NCBI GenBank assembly: GCA_030704615.1
Contig: CM060734.1
Span: forward strand, 1,550,001-1,614,000
Direction of reading: 5' to 3'
DNA length: 64,000 bases
Source of the DNA: Takakia lepidozioides
Lineage: Eukaryota > Plantae > Bryophyta
Below are positions 22,667 to 36,222 of the stretch, one piece after another (position 1 is the stretch's first letter; the number at the start of each line of letters is the position of its first letter). Both the position numbers and the translations under genes were made by a program. The notes below the pieces were generated by a model. It searched no databases. It was not told the origin of the DNA and saw only the letters and a list, made by a program, of their open reading frames with translations.

Positions 22667-23461
22667 AGCCATTGGTGCTGCTGGTGCAACTGGTTGTCCA
22701 AACTGGGATGGTCCTGCTGCTGCTGGCTGTGGTGATGTTGGGATTGTCAAAGCTAGTGGTGTTGTTGGTGTTTGTCTTCCAAACAATGATTCAAAGCTAG
22801 GAGGTCCTTGTCCCAATGATAGCCGTCTTCCAGCTGCTATCCCTACTAAGCTTAATGAATCTTTAAAAGCTTTGAGTGCAGTCCTGGTTATCCTTTCTGG
22901 AGAAGTAGTTTCACTTCTTTCACCTTCTTCACTCAGAATATTCTCAAATCTTTCTTCTAATATTTCAGCAAAACCTCAATTTGGACTTGTTACTGTAGAA
23001 GGTCCTTCAGATCTTTCTTGTGGTAACCATTCACCAAGTGCATTACTGGCACTCTTTCTGGTGTAGTGTTCTCACTTTCCAACGATCCGATTTCCTGATC
23101 CTTTGGTTTATCATTGTCAATTTGTCGTGATGTCTCGCCTTGAATAATATTCAAGTTTTGTAATTCTGGGAACTCTTTTCTCAACCGAGCTTCCCTTTCT
23201 GCAGCATATTTCTCTATTCTTTCAGCTTTGTCTTGCTTAGCTTTTTCTTTAATTTCCTCATTCATTCCCACATCATATACAAAATTCTTTTTCAGCACCC
23301 TTTAATCAGCCTTGGTATGTCAGTAAAGAAAAATTATAGTGGTCTCTACCTTTTCTCCAAGATTTACCCTATCTTGCCAGAATCCGTATCACGACTTAAT
23401 TTTCCTTTACTGAGGTTCACTTGAACTCAACATACCGTTAGTCCCCAGTATGGTCGCCAAA

Positions 23462-24334
23462 TGTTAACTGCTGGTTTATGACTTAGACAAAACAGGCTAT
23501 CAGCACTAATGCCCATTTCCCAAGACATGCAACAGAGGTTGTCCGACGGTATGCTTTCAGAAACGATTACAAAGTAATCGTTTTAAGGATAGCCAAACCA
23601 TGGACGTTGTATGAATCAATATCTCTACAGGTTGTTTAATCCTATTGATTAAGCCCAACCTACAGTCTCTTTGGCCTAAAAGTTCTTAGTCGAAAAGACT
23701 GAAGCCTCTTTGTTCATACAATCAGATGGTAGTCAAGACAAAACAAGAACTATTCTGAGATGATACACATTCTCACCATCTCACGTTCTCTCATAATGCA
23801 CATTCTCTCCATCTCACGTTCACTCTACACAGAGATACTTCGAATAACATGGCTTTACTTCAGAGTTCATCACATCATCGCAGAAGTACACATTGAATCA
23901 CTCTGAGTCCACTGAATACACACTGATCACTGATACCTTCTAAGTTGCGTGCAGCCTTTTTATACAATGCTCGAAAGAGCCGTTACAGCCTGTAGTCGTT
24001 AATGACCGTTTGCCTAACTGCCTACGCAATCTAAAGGGTTTGCTAAAAAAGTGACTCGTTGTAGTGGTCGTGTGCTATAGTGGTAAACGGTCCACTACTT
24101 CCTCTATTAGTAAAAGCCGATGCTAACGTGGCCGTGTGATATCGTGGTTCACGGCCCACGGATGCTACACTACCCACTACTGCTCCCGTGGTAATGTACC
24201 CTTGTTCCGCCATTTGCTAAGTACCGCGTACTTAGTCTTTTCTGCTCGTGACCAGGTAGTGTATACCAATCCCCATCCGGTATGTCCCGTCGTGACCCTC
24301 GCTGTCTGGCCCTCGTAGCTTAGCCGTTATCACA
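23462..24334 (-). repeat. 5' LTR of the minus-strand gypsy element
   Basis: Directly upstream of the PBS; TG..CA termini; distal boundary approximate. Confidence 0.65.
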
Positions 24335-24741
24335 AGCCCTCGGCGAAGGAGGGGCATTGGGAGAGGAAGATTTCTCCTCTTCTTCCTAGGCTCGGCAGGT
24401 GCCTTGTGAAGGGATTAAAACAAGTCCCGGCTATAGGCGGCTCGGGGGCCTAGGCGGTAGGAATTAGACAATAAAAACACAAAGACTTGGAAGGTAGTTA
24501 CTGAGTAGATTGTGGGATACCGTATGACTTAGAAACGCAAACTCGCCCTGTGAAGAGGAGTACGTGATTTCTCTTTGCCGGTAGGACTTAGATAGTGATC
24601 ATAGCCACCATATACGACCACAGATCCCCTACACTAACCGCAGTCGGGTAGGCGGTTCAGTGAACCCAATCTACACCGCAACTTACCACGACCCCCCTAG
24701 ACTACTATGTCGTCATCCCAACCGCGCGCGCTCAGGGCTCG

Positions 24742-25440
24742 TCAGTCGCTTGTAATTTAATATTTTGTTAAATTAAGCGACCGCCTATATTGGCGGTCGC
24801 CGGTAATTTATTAATTTTTAAATGAAGCGACTGCCCATACTGGCGGTCGTTTGTATTTTATTATATTTTAAAATAAGCGACCGCCTATATTGGCGGTCGG
24901 TTGAAGTTTATTATGTTTTAAATGAAGCGACCGCCCAGATTGGCGGTCGCTTGCACTTTATTATATTATATTATATTATTATATCTTTAATATATTCTAT
25001 AAAAATACAGCGACCGCCATGTGGCGGTCGCTATAGTTTTTTTTTTAAAATTTAGCGACCGCCATTTAGCAGCAGTCGCTTATTTTTTTTTAATTCTTAA
25101 ATAAAGCGACTGTCGTTTGGCAGTCGCTTCTTCAGTAAATTTTTGAAAAATGCAGCGACCCCCATGGGCGGCGGTCGCTTGATTTGATTTTGATTCTTAA
25201 ATTAAGCGACCGCAGTTTGGCGGTCGCTTACTTAGTATATTTCTTAAAATGAAGCGACTGCTGTTTAGCGGCGGTCGCTCATTTTTTTTTTGAATCTTGA
25301 ATCAAGCGACCGCCAGTTATTTAATATATATTTTTAAAATGTAGCGACCGCCATGTGGCGGTCGCTCTTCTTGTTTTATAAATATAGCGACCGCCATGGG
25401 GCGGTCACGTGTTTTTTATTTTTTTGGAAATCCAGGGACC
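24742..25440. repeat. Array of AGCGACCGCC-N(4-6)-GGCGGTCGCT palindromes with AT-rich spacers
   Basis: About 13 copies at ~55-60 bp spacing, e.g. 25009-25032. Confidence 0.85.
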
Positions 25441-26269
25441 CGCCGTGTGACGGGTTTTTTTTTTTTTAATCATGAAGCGGCGTCTGGCCAGCCACGTGGC
25501 GAGGTGCCACGGGTCAGAAACAAATGGGATGGGGGGAGGTTGTTTTGAACCCTTGACCTCTCCCATGTGGGTGCGTGTGGCGAGGTGCGACTGGCCAGTG
25601 GCGCCGCGTGACACGTGGCAAGGCGCCACTGGCCTGTCGTGCCTTTTCAGGCATAATGTCATTTGGGGGTGGGGCTGGTGGGCGCCTATATAAACCATTC
25701 CCCCCTCATTTTCTGATCACTTTTGCCCATCTCGTGGTGCGGTTCCTTGGCATCTTGTAGTCCTTTCGGACTTCGTTGCTTGGCACTGCCAACGGGAGGT
25801 GCAAAGGTGATTATTTGGGGAAGGGGGGGGTGGTGTCGGTTTTATATTGGTCAGTCCCATACCCTTGTTCACGGTTCAATCATCGTATCACCATTTTGCC
25901 ATTTTTTGGATCTTCGGTGGCCTATTTTTTTGCAGAAACTACGAAGACACCATCCACACGCGTCCATTGCCGTTTTCTAAGGTTTTGTCCCCTGTACTGG
26001 GCAAAGGTTTATACAATGTCGGGGGTTGTGAATTCAAGTTCTGGGGCGGGGTCGTCTGGGGGTCGGAGGAAGAGAAAACGTGCCCACGAGTGGGTAGCCA
26101 GGTCAACAAGCTAGACTACCCGGGACCGGATGCCTTGGATAGGGTGAAAGAAGTGGTAGTGGATTATTTCGAGGGTAGGGACATGATGAGGCTGGAGAGT
26201 GCTTATGTCAGGCATGGATGGGAGGGGTTTCAGATTTTCCAGCAGAATATGGAGAGGAAAATGACGAAC

Positions 26270-29200
26270 ATTTTGGCGGGGGTTAAGTGGATGGCAGACA
26301 GGGGGTCGCGGCCCTTTGCCTTGAGGGCAGGGGGGTCGGGACACAAGAGGGGCTGCCCCTGTGGTGGGGGCAATAGCAGCGATAGGTATGGGGGCTGAAG
26401 CACCCTTGAGTGCCCAAGGCACTCAAGGAGGCGGAGGCGCTCACTAGGTGGAGCCCCGCACACCGGGTTGCGGTGGGGGTGGCTCCACAAGGGGTGGTGG
26501 TAGCTTAACGGGACTTAGTGGGGGTGGCATAGGACTCACCATGGGGTGGAGACCTCGAGGTGGGAGTCGTGGGGAGTCTTGGGACTCATCACGGTCCATA
26601 AGGGCCGTGGTGAGTGGGCCAAGACTCACCGCGACTCATCACCGGGAGTCGAGGGTTTTCGTGGTGGTTCGCCATAAAATGGCATGGCTGGTTGTGAAAC
26701 CCCCGCGGACAGCTACAGAAGTATATATAAGGGGAGTAGTGACCCCGAGAACGGTGCAAGCCCGTTGGTGACCAAAAACTAGTGAGTAAGCGAGCAAGCC
26801 GGAAAGCGACCAAAGAGTGGGGAGCTGTTCCGGACTGCCATCTACCAAAGGGAATTCTCCTAGTCCCAAATAAGTGGAGGGTTTAGTGGGAAGCGAAGGG
26901 GGACCGTTATGTCCCGGTGAGCAGCCAAAGCTCCAAGTTGGCCCGGGCGGCCAGGTTGGGAGTCAGGCGCGCGCATCAAAGCGAGTAACTATGACTTGAA
27001 GGGGAGCTTACCGAAGTGAGGTGCGCGACACTTGGTATCAGAGCTTAGAGTTCAGTACGCGATAGTCCTTGGGATTGGCCTCATCATGGGGTCCGGCAAG
27101 CCGAAGCGAAAGCGGAACGGCCCAAAAGATGATGATCCTGGTGAGCCCGATGGGGGCGACGTGTCACCGAGGCGGCCGTTTGAGGAAGCGATGCATGTTT
27201 CCGAAAACGAGGCCGCTCAAGAGCGGGAGGAATCCGAGGAGTCGGAGCCCGAGGAATCCTTGAGAGCTCCGACAAACCAAGAGATGCCTCCCATGCCGGC
27301 AGCCTTTTGGGAAGGGTTGTTGGCGCAGTTTGGCGGGACGTTGAAAGACGTGTTGAAGGCGGCTAATGCCACTTCCACTCAGGCAAAGTTTAAGGTGAAG
27401 CCTAAGGAACCCGGCACCTTCGAGGGTGTCCGAAATCGGAAGGCACTCAATACCTGGCTCCTGGAGCTAGAGCAGTACTTCCGGGCGGCCAAGTTGAGTG
27501 ACGAGGATCGGGTGGAAGTGGCTCCCACCTATTTGAGGGGCTATGCTCAACAATGGTGGCAGAAACGCCTTCACGACCGAGGTCCAAGCCCAGAAACCTT
27601 GGACTGGAGTGGGTTCAAGAAATTGATGAAGAGACAGTTTGTGCCCCTCAACGCGTCCTGGCTTGCCCGGGACAAGATGAGGAATTTGAAGCAAACAGAT
27701 GACATTCGGGGGTATGTCCAGGCTTTCAATGTGCTGTTGCTCGAAGTCGCGGACATGGCAGAACCAGAAATGGTCTTCAACTTTGTGGCGGGACTGGCCC
27801 CATAGGCCAGGCGGAAGTTGGAGGAGAAGCCACCCGAGACTTTGAACGAGGCAATTGAGAGGGCTGAATGTTTCTCAGATGTCCCTAGGGGTGAGAGACA
27901 AGGCCGTACGGAGCTGAACCACAAGAAGACCCGACGGGAAGGTGACTCCTCCCGACCGGAAAAGAAGTGGGATAGGCCACGCGGCAACAATGGCACGTGG
28001 AAATCGAAGGGAGGGCCTTCACACGCGGCGCCGGCGTCATGAAGGAGTGCGACGCTCCTGTGTCCACCAACAACGACACGTTAGTTCCGGATATTATCCC
28101 ATCCACGAACAATAACTGACTCCCTTTACGCAGGGGGCCAGTTTCCTGATACAACTCACAAGAATAGTTGCCTACCTTGCAAGTCCTGGCGACCACCGCT
28201 TCCACCAAGCGACTGATGGTATCTTCCGACAGCTCCGTGGTTGCCCGAGTCATGTTCAATTGTCGAGGTTTCGTGCACTTCTTGGCCATGTGTCCGGGCT
28301 CCCCGCAATTGAAACACACTCCATCAAAGGTCGCCTTCTGTCCGCCATAAGCCGCTCCACCCGCTTTTCTTTTCGAAGCACCGGGCGCCGCAAAGTTGGG
28401 ACTCCCGACAAGTGACGTGGGGGCCTCTATTGAGGTGCGTTCTGCCAAAGGAGAACCACAGTTGGCGACAAGGTTGGCGTTTAATGTTCCTCTTCAACTG
28501 GGGAGTTGGGAGGGACGTGAGAACTTCACCATCTGCGAGATCGATGGAGTAGATCTCATTTTGGGGATGACCTTTTTGAGCAAATCCGGAGCGGTCATAG
28601 ATGGCCGCAAGAGAGTAGTCACGCTACCATGTGGGAATGGTGGCGAGGTCTTACGAGTGTCGAAAACGCCCAAATCCGTGGGAGGGCGAATAAACCTTCT
28701 GTCAGCAAGGGAGTGGGCCGTGGAGGAGGCACACGAACCCCAGTTTTTGCTTTACATTAGAGAAGTGAAGGGAGAAGGCGATGGGGAGCCGAGCCCAGAT
28801 TGGATCAAGGGGATTTTGGAGAAATACCAGGATGTGATGCCAAGGATTTACCAAGCGGCTTGCCACCGCGAAGAGGAGTTGACCACAAGATTGAGGTGAT
28901 ACCGGGATCGGAACCGCCTACCAAGGCGCCCTACCGGTTGAGCCACAGAGAGTTGGTCGAGCTGAAGACTCAGCTCAAGGATCTAATGTCAAAGGGGTAC
29001 ATCCGGCCGAGTAAGTCACCTTACGGAGCCCCGGTGCTATTCGCAGACAAGAAGGATGGGACGCTGCGGATGTGTGTCGATTACAGGGCTTTGAATAAGG
29101 TGACTATTAAAAACCGGTACCCTTTGCCAAGGATCGACGACCTTTTCGACCGGTTGGCAGGAGCGAAGTATTTCAGCCGGATCGACTTGCGCTCCGGCTA

Positions 29201-30150
29201 TCATCAAATTCGGGTGGCGGAAAGAGATGAGGAGAAGACCGCGTGCAGGACAAGGTATGGTTCATATGAGTTCTTGGTGATGCCTTTTGGGCTCACCAAT
29301 GCACCAGCGACATTTAGCACGCTGATGAACAGCCTTTTTCAGGAGTGGTTGGATGACTTTGTGATCGTGTACATCGACGACATCTTGGTGTACTCGAAAA
29401 CAAAGGAGGAGCACCTGGAGCACCTCAAAAGGGTGTTTCAAAAATTGCGAGAAGGGAAGCTGTATGCCAAAGTTTCAAAGTGCGAATTCGGGGTCACGAA
29501 AGTGAAGTTCTTGGGGCATGTGATTACACAGGATGGGATCAAAATGGATGACAGAAAAGTGAGGGCGATCTTGGACTGGGAGCCTCCGACTTCGGTCCCG
29601 GGAGTGCGTTCCTTCCTAGGACTCGCCTCCTATTACCGGAAGTATGTGAGAAATTTCACCAAGATCGTGGGGCCGCTGTCGGACCTTCTGTGTAAATCTA
29701 AAGTCTGGGCATGGAACACCTTTTGTGGCCAAGCCTTTGCTGAATTGAAGCAGCGGATGGCGGAAGCTCCAGTCTTGAAAATCCCGGAGTTCGATCGTCC
29801 GTTCGAGATACATACAGATGCGTCGGACTTTGCGATTGGGGGTGTACTGATGCAAGATGGACGTCCAGTGGCTTACGAAAGTAAGAAACTGAATGAAGTG
29901 GAGCGACGGTGGCCGACGCACGAGAAAGAGATGAAGGCGGTGGTGCACTGTCTTGAGCTCTGGCGCCACTATGTTGGTTCCAACCCAGTGAAGGTGTTCA
30001 CGGACAATGTCACGGTGAAGTATTTTGCCACGCAGCCCAAGTTGTCCCCAAAACAACTTAGGTGGCAAACTTTGGCGGTGTTCGACGTGGATATCCAGTA
30101 CAAACCGGGGCGAGACAACGTGGTGGCCGATGCTTTAAGTAGAAAGCACT
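26270..30150 (+). mobile_element. Chromovirus-type Ty3/gypsy retrotransposon, 3'-truncated, with an internal inversion
   Basis: LTR ends GCGACA at 27030; tRNA-Met PBS TGGTATCAGAGC 27033-27044; gag 27086-28032; CCHC knuckle and protease start inverted; RT (YIDD) and RNase H 28850-30150; no integrase; LTR 5' end uncertain. Confidence 0.88.
28800..30150 (+). CDS. Reverse transcriptase-RNase H of the chromovirus element
   Basis: [55 protein letters not shown]. Confidence 0.93.
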
Positions 30151-30229
30151 CAACAGCTCTCAACACAGATGTTAGTTGTTCCTCAAAATGTCCCATCCGA
30201 TCATTGTTAGTGGATCAATGGTAGAACAT

Positions 30230-30885
30230 GGCTGTTCGCTTAGGTTTTGTTTTAATTCTAAATGTTTTAATTGGTTTTTGGGTTGGATTCCTATGTGCCG
30301 TTGGAATTAGGGTTACCGTTCGGGGTTTCTGGCTTCCGTTTCTGCTTTGGGGTTTGAGGTTTGGGGTTTGGGGTTTATCATTGTGGGCATGGGTTTTCGG
30401 TTTATGGTTTTACATGGGGGTTTGAAATTTGGGTTGTGGGATCAGTGTTTGTAGTTATGGTTTCCCCATGTTTCCCCAGGTATAGAATTTGTCATCAATG
30501 CCGTGTTTGCCGTACAATCAACTTTATTTCAGTCCGTGCATCCTCCACTGGACTCACGTTCATCCCACATTCATCCATCATCCATCCATCACCTTCTTTC
30601 ATTCATCCATGCCTCTTTCATCCGTCCATTTTTTATGACATGCTCATCCCACATTGCATGCATGGAGCACGACATGGAATGGTCCCTGGCTGCCTACGTG
30701 AATTTGAATTAAGAACAGTTTGCGTCCACGGCAATAGGCCTTGTATTACCTCGGCTGTAAGCTCTGCTTCCCTAATCTGCTCACGCTTAAAATCTGCTCA
30801 CGCTTAAGGAATTCTGCTCACGCTTAAGGGATTTTGCTCACGGTTAGTGTGCAAAGCTTGAGCGTGCTCACACGGTAGCTACCCT
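30230..30885. repeat. Dispersed repeat, copy 1 (likely a DNA-transposon end)
   Basis: Similar to 42230-42876; ends in CTGCTCACGCTTAA repeats and GGTAGCTACCC. Confidence 0.7.
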
Positions 30886-33329
30886 CTCCAGAAAGGCCTC
30901 TCTTCGCTCATGATATGGCGGTACAATCATAGGTGAAAATAAACCTGTGTGGAGAGACATCTCACTCTCAACTCCAGAAAAAAGAAATCCAGGTATTGAG
31001 GATCAATGGCTAATATAATAAAATAGAAGGTTACTTATATATCCAGAATTCCAGTGGACATGTATCCTCATATCATTCAGCATGTTAAATTGTTTGTCTC
31101 CAATTTGCAGACTATTGGTATGGAGACATTATGCTGTAAAAAAAGCTAGAACCAGGTCATAAAAAAGCAAGAGACAAAGCCATATCATCCTTATGACCTG
31201 TAATCTTGATATAAGGCATCAACTTACGTCAGTTCAGTACAGACCAAAAAATAGTACATTGGCCAGATCATGTAGAGGGTATATACATATATTCCAGAAT
31301 GTCATCTTGTCAAAACCTAGCTCAAAATATCATGAGTTAGAAGGTCGAATGGAAATTACAAGCCTCTTCTTGCCCAAAAAGACACGGGCAACAAGTGTCC
31401 ATCATAACTTTTTACAGAAATAGTAGACATGTGTACAACCAGAAATCTGGTAGTGTAGTTTTAACATGTCCTTCAGTATAATTTATGTGTTTTGACCACC
31501 ATACATATTTCTTTCAGAGAAGATTCAGTCTGTGAACCATAAACAAGCTAGTCCAGTAAATCTATATTGGCTCTTGAGATGTACTCAACTTATAGCCACA
31601 TACAATCCCTGAGATACCTCATGTAGCCCAAAGTTTATAGCTCATCGGGGTATGATTTTTTTTTCCCAAAAGATTGTTCTGCATACCATTCTTGAGTAGT
31701 GAATGAATATTCAGTTTCAGAAAATGGGAACAAGGTACAGATATACCAAGTGTTCCTTCTAGCATAGTATGTAAGGAGGATAAGTGCCAATTTATCAAAA
31801 AGTAAGGAAAAGCCACAAATGGTGGTCTTCAACAAGAGTGTTTTATGTTCAGTATCCTACTGCAGGAACTGGTAGAAAGCAGAGATGCAAACCTATGTTG
31901 ACAGTCAGTCCAGCAGAGGTAAAATCTCTTCCCACATTACAATGTTTGGGAAGTCACAATCTGATAAAAGTGCCAATGTTTGTCAAACACCTAGGATTCA
32001 ATAGCTCTTCAGAAAAATGAACTCAGTAGTAGGGGACATGGAAGTTATCTGGTGAAGCAGCCATGAATAGCCACATCCATCAATTGAAGGTAGATGCCCT
32101 ATTCGATGGAGATGCATCAGCCCGTAGTCTTCATGTGCCTCTGTCTCAAATACCAACAAGCAAAACCAAATGTAGCTAAAAGAGCATGATTAAGGAAGGC
32201 GTGACAGACGAGAAGCCCTCACCTATACCGTCCCAAAAAGCACCACAAACCAATGTGGGTTAGTGAGGACGTACGAGGCGAGTAACAGGCTCTCATGCTT
32301 GCTATCGCTTTCAGATAGGCATTTCTGAACATGCAAATATACCACAAATGGAAGGCAGTACGTAAATCCTTGTACAAAAGCCTTGTAAGCTTGTGGCAGA
32401 GTAGCTTGAGACATAGTGATAGCGTGCCCTCTTACGCTGCAGGCTGTAGTATGTAATCCTCAAACAACAGCAAAACACAGGCAATCTAACACAAGACTAA
32501 GGTGGACTGAGCGTGACTGAGACTCCCTGTGATAGATGAAGAGAAGAGAAGAAAACCGTGTCTTCTCTTTCAAGCTCTTATGGTATGCCCCGATCGCTGC
32601 GCGGCGACATGTTGTCGTTCATAACCATTGTCAGCGGTTTGTGCCAGGATCTCCTTCTCCATAGGGGTCGGGTGGCAGTAGATTATGAGCTTAGAGTAAA
32701 TCTCGTGGGTACTATGCCGAGCTCGTAAGCAATGTATCGTGTAAGTACTTTAGAGAACTCTGGCTCAAATGGAATTGCCACGTAGGTACAGAGTAGATGA
32801 CAATCATTCATCAGGTGTTTTATTTACTCAGCCTCTGTCCAAGGGCTAAAAAATGCAGGAAATGTCTGATGTCCTGACATATTTTGTTTGGGTATCAGCA
32901 AAAACCAGGCAGTAGAATGTCAACCATCCTGGAAGTAACCTAAAGCCCAAGATTTGAGAGAGAGAGAGAGAGGGGGGGGGGGGGGGGCAAAAAAATAAAA
33001 AAAATAAAAAATGTGGGGTGGGAGTGACTGAGCATCAGCTGCTCTCTCCATCTCTCTCCACATCCTCATGCAAAAAAAAACCAGAAGGTTGAGGGGGGGG
33101 GACCCGAGCAGTAGCACAGTGTGCTGCTGCTAAGTCCCCCCCCCAACCTTCTGTTTTTTTTTTTTTGGGTGAGCAGCACAAAAGAGAGGGAGAGAGAGGA
33201 GAGAGGGGGCAAAGAAACAAACAAACAAAAAAAAAAAGGGTGGGGGAAACCCCTAGTGTCCCATGCCTCGTCCCCACCCCCTCTCCCTGCCCTTTAACTC
33301 AAACAAAAAGGCAGCCCCCCCTGTGACCC

Positions 33330-33710
33330 CCATCCGTCGCAAGAAAAAAAAACCCGTCACAACCCCCCTCTGCGGCGCCCCGCCGTCGCATATCCCGCGC
33401 GCCCTTGGGCCCCCCTCTTCCCCTCCATGCCACCTTGCGACGGCGGGGCGTCGCAAAGGGGGGTTGCGACGGGTTTTTTTTTTTCCTGCGACAGATGGGG
33501 GTTGCGGGGGGGGGGGGCTGCCTTTTCGCCCTTCATGCCACCTTGCGACGTCCGGGCGTCGCAGCCTGGCCCCGGCGTTGGGTCCAACCCGTCGGCGTCG
33601 CAAGGTGGCACGCCCCGCCGGATGGCGACGCCGGGGCGTCGCAAAAAGGGGCCGCGGGGGTGGCGTCGCACGCTCAGCGCTGCGCCGCTCGTGGGGCGTC
33701 GCTACCCCCT
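33330..33710. repeat. GC-rich array of TGCGACG..CGTCGCA inverted motifs
   Basis: e.g. TTGCGACGTCCGGGCGTCGCA ~33543-33563; about 7 related copies among homopolymer runs. Confidence 0.65.
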
Positions 33711-33852
33711 CCCCCCCCCCCCCCCCCCATTTGCAGTAGTGCGTTGAACAATTATTTTTGCCCACTAAAACAATTGGACTGGCTCAATGTGAGATAGAAG
33801 GAGTGATCACACCTGCATCAAGCATGCGATAGATTTCTTCTTGAATGACTTT

Positions 33853-34070
33853 TCACTCTCGAACACTCTCTCTATAAGCATACTGCTTAATATTAGGCTT
33901 ACCTTTAGTGACAATGGCGTGCTGAAGAATGTTAGTTCTTCCCAAATCATGGGGCCATTTGCTAAAGATGTCCAGGTTGCGTTGAATGAGGTTATGTAAG
34001 TGAACGGTCTGCTCTGGAATGAGATGTTCCCCCACCTTGATGTCTTTCAGGATCTGTTGGAAGTGAAGTT
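33853..34070 (-). pseudogene. Gypsy pol pre-RT fragment
   Basis: LIQRNLDIFS..DLGRTNILQHAIVTKGKPNIKQYAYRES. Confidence 0.7.
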
Positions 34071-35224
34071 CTTGGTCATGAGTGAGAGTTGGGCAATCAG
34101 CTGGTCCCTTCACTAGAAGAAACCACAGGTATGCTATCTCACACTTGACACATTCCACGGCTTTTATCACGGGTCTGTAGAGTGAGCCAAGGTGTGGGTC
34201 AAAATATGCCCTAACTGTGGGGTGTCCCACATGTTCACCACACCCTAGGCAAGAACGGTGTGAAAACAGCCATGAGCGTGGCAGGGGTTTGCTTAGTTCA
34301 CATGGAATGTTACACACCTGTGTAAAATGGAACAAAGAACTTAAACATTGTGGTGTATGGGGAGTGTGAGTACTACTTTGCAAACGGAATAAATAAACCA
34401 ATGATGCCCTTGGAAAATGATCACGAGCTTCATGTTCATGTTCAGAAATCTGCACGATGGGCTATTAGCAAGTGAAGAATCACCCCCTGTTACACCCCAT
34501 TTTCAATCTCTACATTATGAAGTCTATAATGTTATTGGTGAAATGAGCATTGGGATCGCATTCAAAGGTGGCCTCGTTCCGTTGCAACCTATGACACAAC
34601 TAGGACAAACAGGCATAGATATGATTTACACTTTTTGCCACAAATCACTTGCATCATCCTTACATTGAACTCCTTGTTTATGTGACATGCTTGGACTTTG
34701 TCATCTCACACATCAAAGAAAAAACCAGAATATTTTGAAAAAATCCAATCAACTTCACTAGCAACTCCACAATTATATTTTAAATTAATGTAAATTGAAA
34801 TATATATTAGTAATTAGATAGAATATACGTCGTTTTAACTACTCATTTAATGATTATGAACCTTACCCAATCAATAAATTAACCAGGGCCTCTGTCCCTT
34901 GTTATATATATATATATATTTGACAGCTAAGAATATCTTCACATAATTACATGGACTATATAATTATTTTATATGGTGTTAGGGTGCAAAACGTTCAAAA
35001 AGGTCGCTCGAATTTAGGATGCTAGGTCCCGGTGTGCAGGGCTGGGACTCAGCGTTTTTTGGGGTCCGCGTCTTCTTAGTGCCAAAGCGATGGCACCGTG
35101 AGCGTAGTTTGGAAGTTGCGGGGCTTCTGGAGAGGAGCAGACTTAGTTTTTGGGGAGGAATGAATACAATCGCAAGGCGTGGCTTTGTGTTTAGGTTTTT
35201 TTGGATTGTGCGTGTCTAAGTAGT

Positions 35225-36015
35225 AGAGCAGGCATGAGTTTCTCTCAGATCCATCACGATGGTGGGACAACCGCAATCGCAAGGTGTGGCTTTTTCTTAA
35301 TGTACGATGTGAAGAAGTTTGTACATCCTGAAATTGTGGGCTCTTGGCTCCTGCTAGTACCATGATTTGGTATTCTTCACGATGTTTACAAGGTTCTTGG
35401 GAGAGTCAGCTTGGTCTTAGCAGGCCGCGTTTCAATCTCTGCCCGCTCAGCTGCACCGTGGTGGTTCTCACGGACCATTCCGACATTACCTGACTACGAC
35501 ACAAGCAGCACACACAAGAGGTCCTCTTGGGTTCATGGTCAGTCAAATCCGAAATGGGTCATGACACAAGGTCGAGGACAATGTGGTGAAGGCACCTTCT
35601 TCTTCAACCTATTTCAGCCTGGTTTGCCCATCAGACTCGGCCCTGAATTTGCAGCACGGAGCAGAGCTGGCATGAGTTTTTTTCAGATCCATCACGATGG
35701 TGGGACAACCGCAATCCGCAAGGTGTGGCTTTTTCTTAATGTACGATGTGAAGAAGTTTGTCCATCCTGCAATTGTGGGCTCTTGGCTCCTGTGAATACC
35801 ATGAGTTGGTATTCTTCCTGATGTTTACAAGGTTCTTGGGAGAGTCAGCTTGGTCTTAGCAGGCCGTGTTTCAATCTCTGCTCGCTCAGCTGCACTGTGG
35901 TGGTTCTCATGGACCAATCCGACATTACCTGACTACAGACACAAGCAGCACACACAAAAGGTCATTTTTGGGTTGATGGTCAGTCAAATCCTCCATGGGT
36001 CACACACAAGGTCAA
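35225..36015 (+). repeat. Tandem duplication, ~440-bp period
   Basis: GGCATGAGTTT..CAGATCCATCACGATGGTGGGACAACCGCA at ~35231 and ~35669; part recurs at 37620-37685. Confidence 0.85.
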
Positions 36016-36222
36016 GGACTTCATTTCCTTCGGCATGTCTTTTCAAATCTGTTCGTCCCTTGCATTTCTCTAATCTTTCTTTGACTTGTATGCAGTTCAG
36101 GAGGTTGTATGAAACAGAAACTGCTCTCTTCACTTACTCTGCAATGATCCAAGAGGCAGGGTGTACTTCCCACTTCTTCCTCTCCAGTTGTGAGACTTTC
36201 TGTCTTGTTGTCTTAATTGCAG

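Larger units (their letters stand above)
18170..24334 (-). mobile_element. Degenerate non-chromoviral Ty3/gypsy LTR retrotransposon (Tat/Athila-like) with 3' accessory ORF
   Basis: LTR ~24334-23462 (TGT..ACA); PBS TGGCGACCATACTGGGGA 23459-23442; RT (CVDYRKLN, DGFSGYNQ, FLDD), RNase H (IYYASK..EKEALA), integrase end (LWAFRT, WMGPF) and accessory ORF from 19343. Confidence 0.85.

Noticed and set aside
24742-25440. Possible CRISPR array or REP elements
   Set aside because: Repeats are degenerate and spacers are low-complexity AT; it fits transposon subterminal repeats better.
30900-32900. Possible minus-strand host gene relic
   Set aside because: No continuous frame or recognisable motif could be reconstructed.
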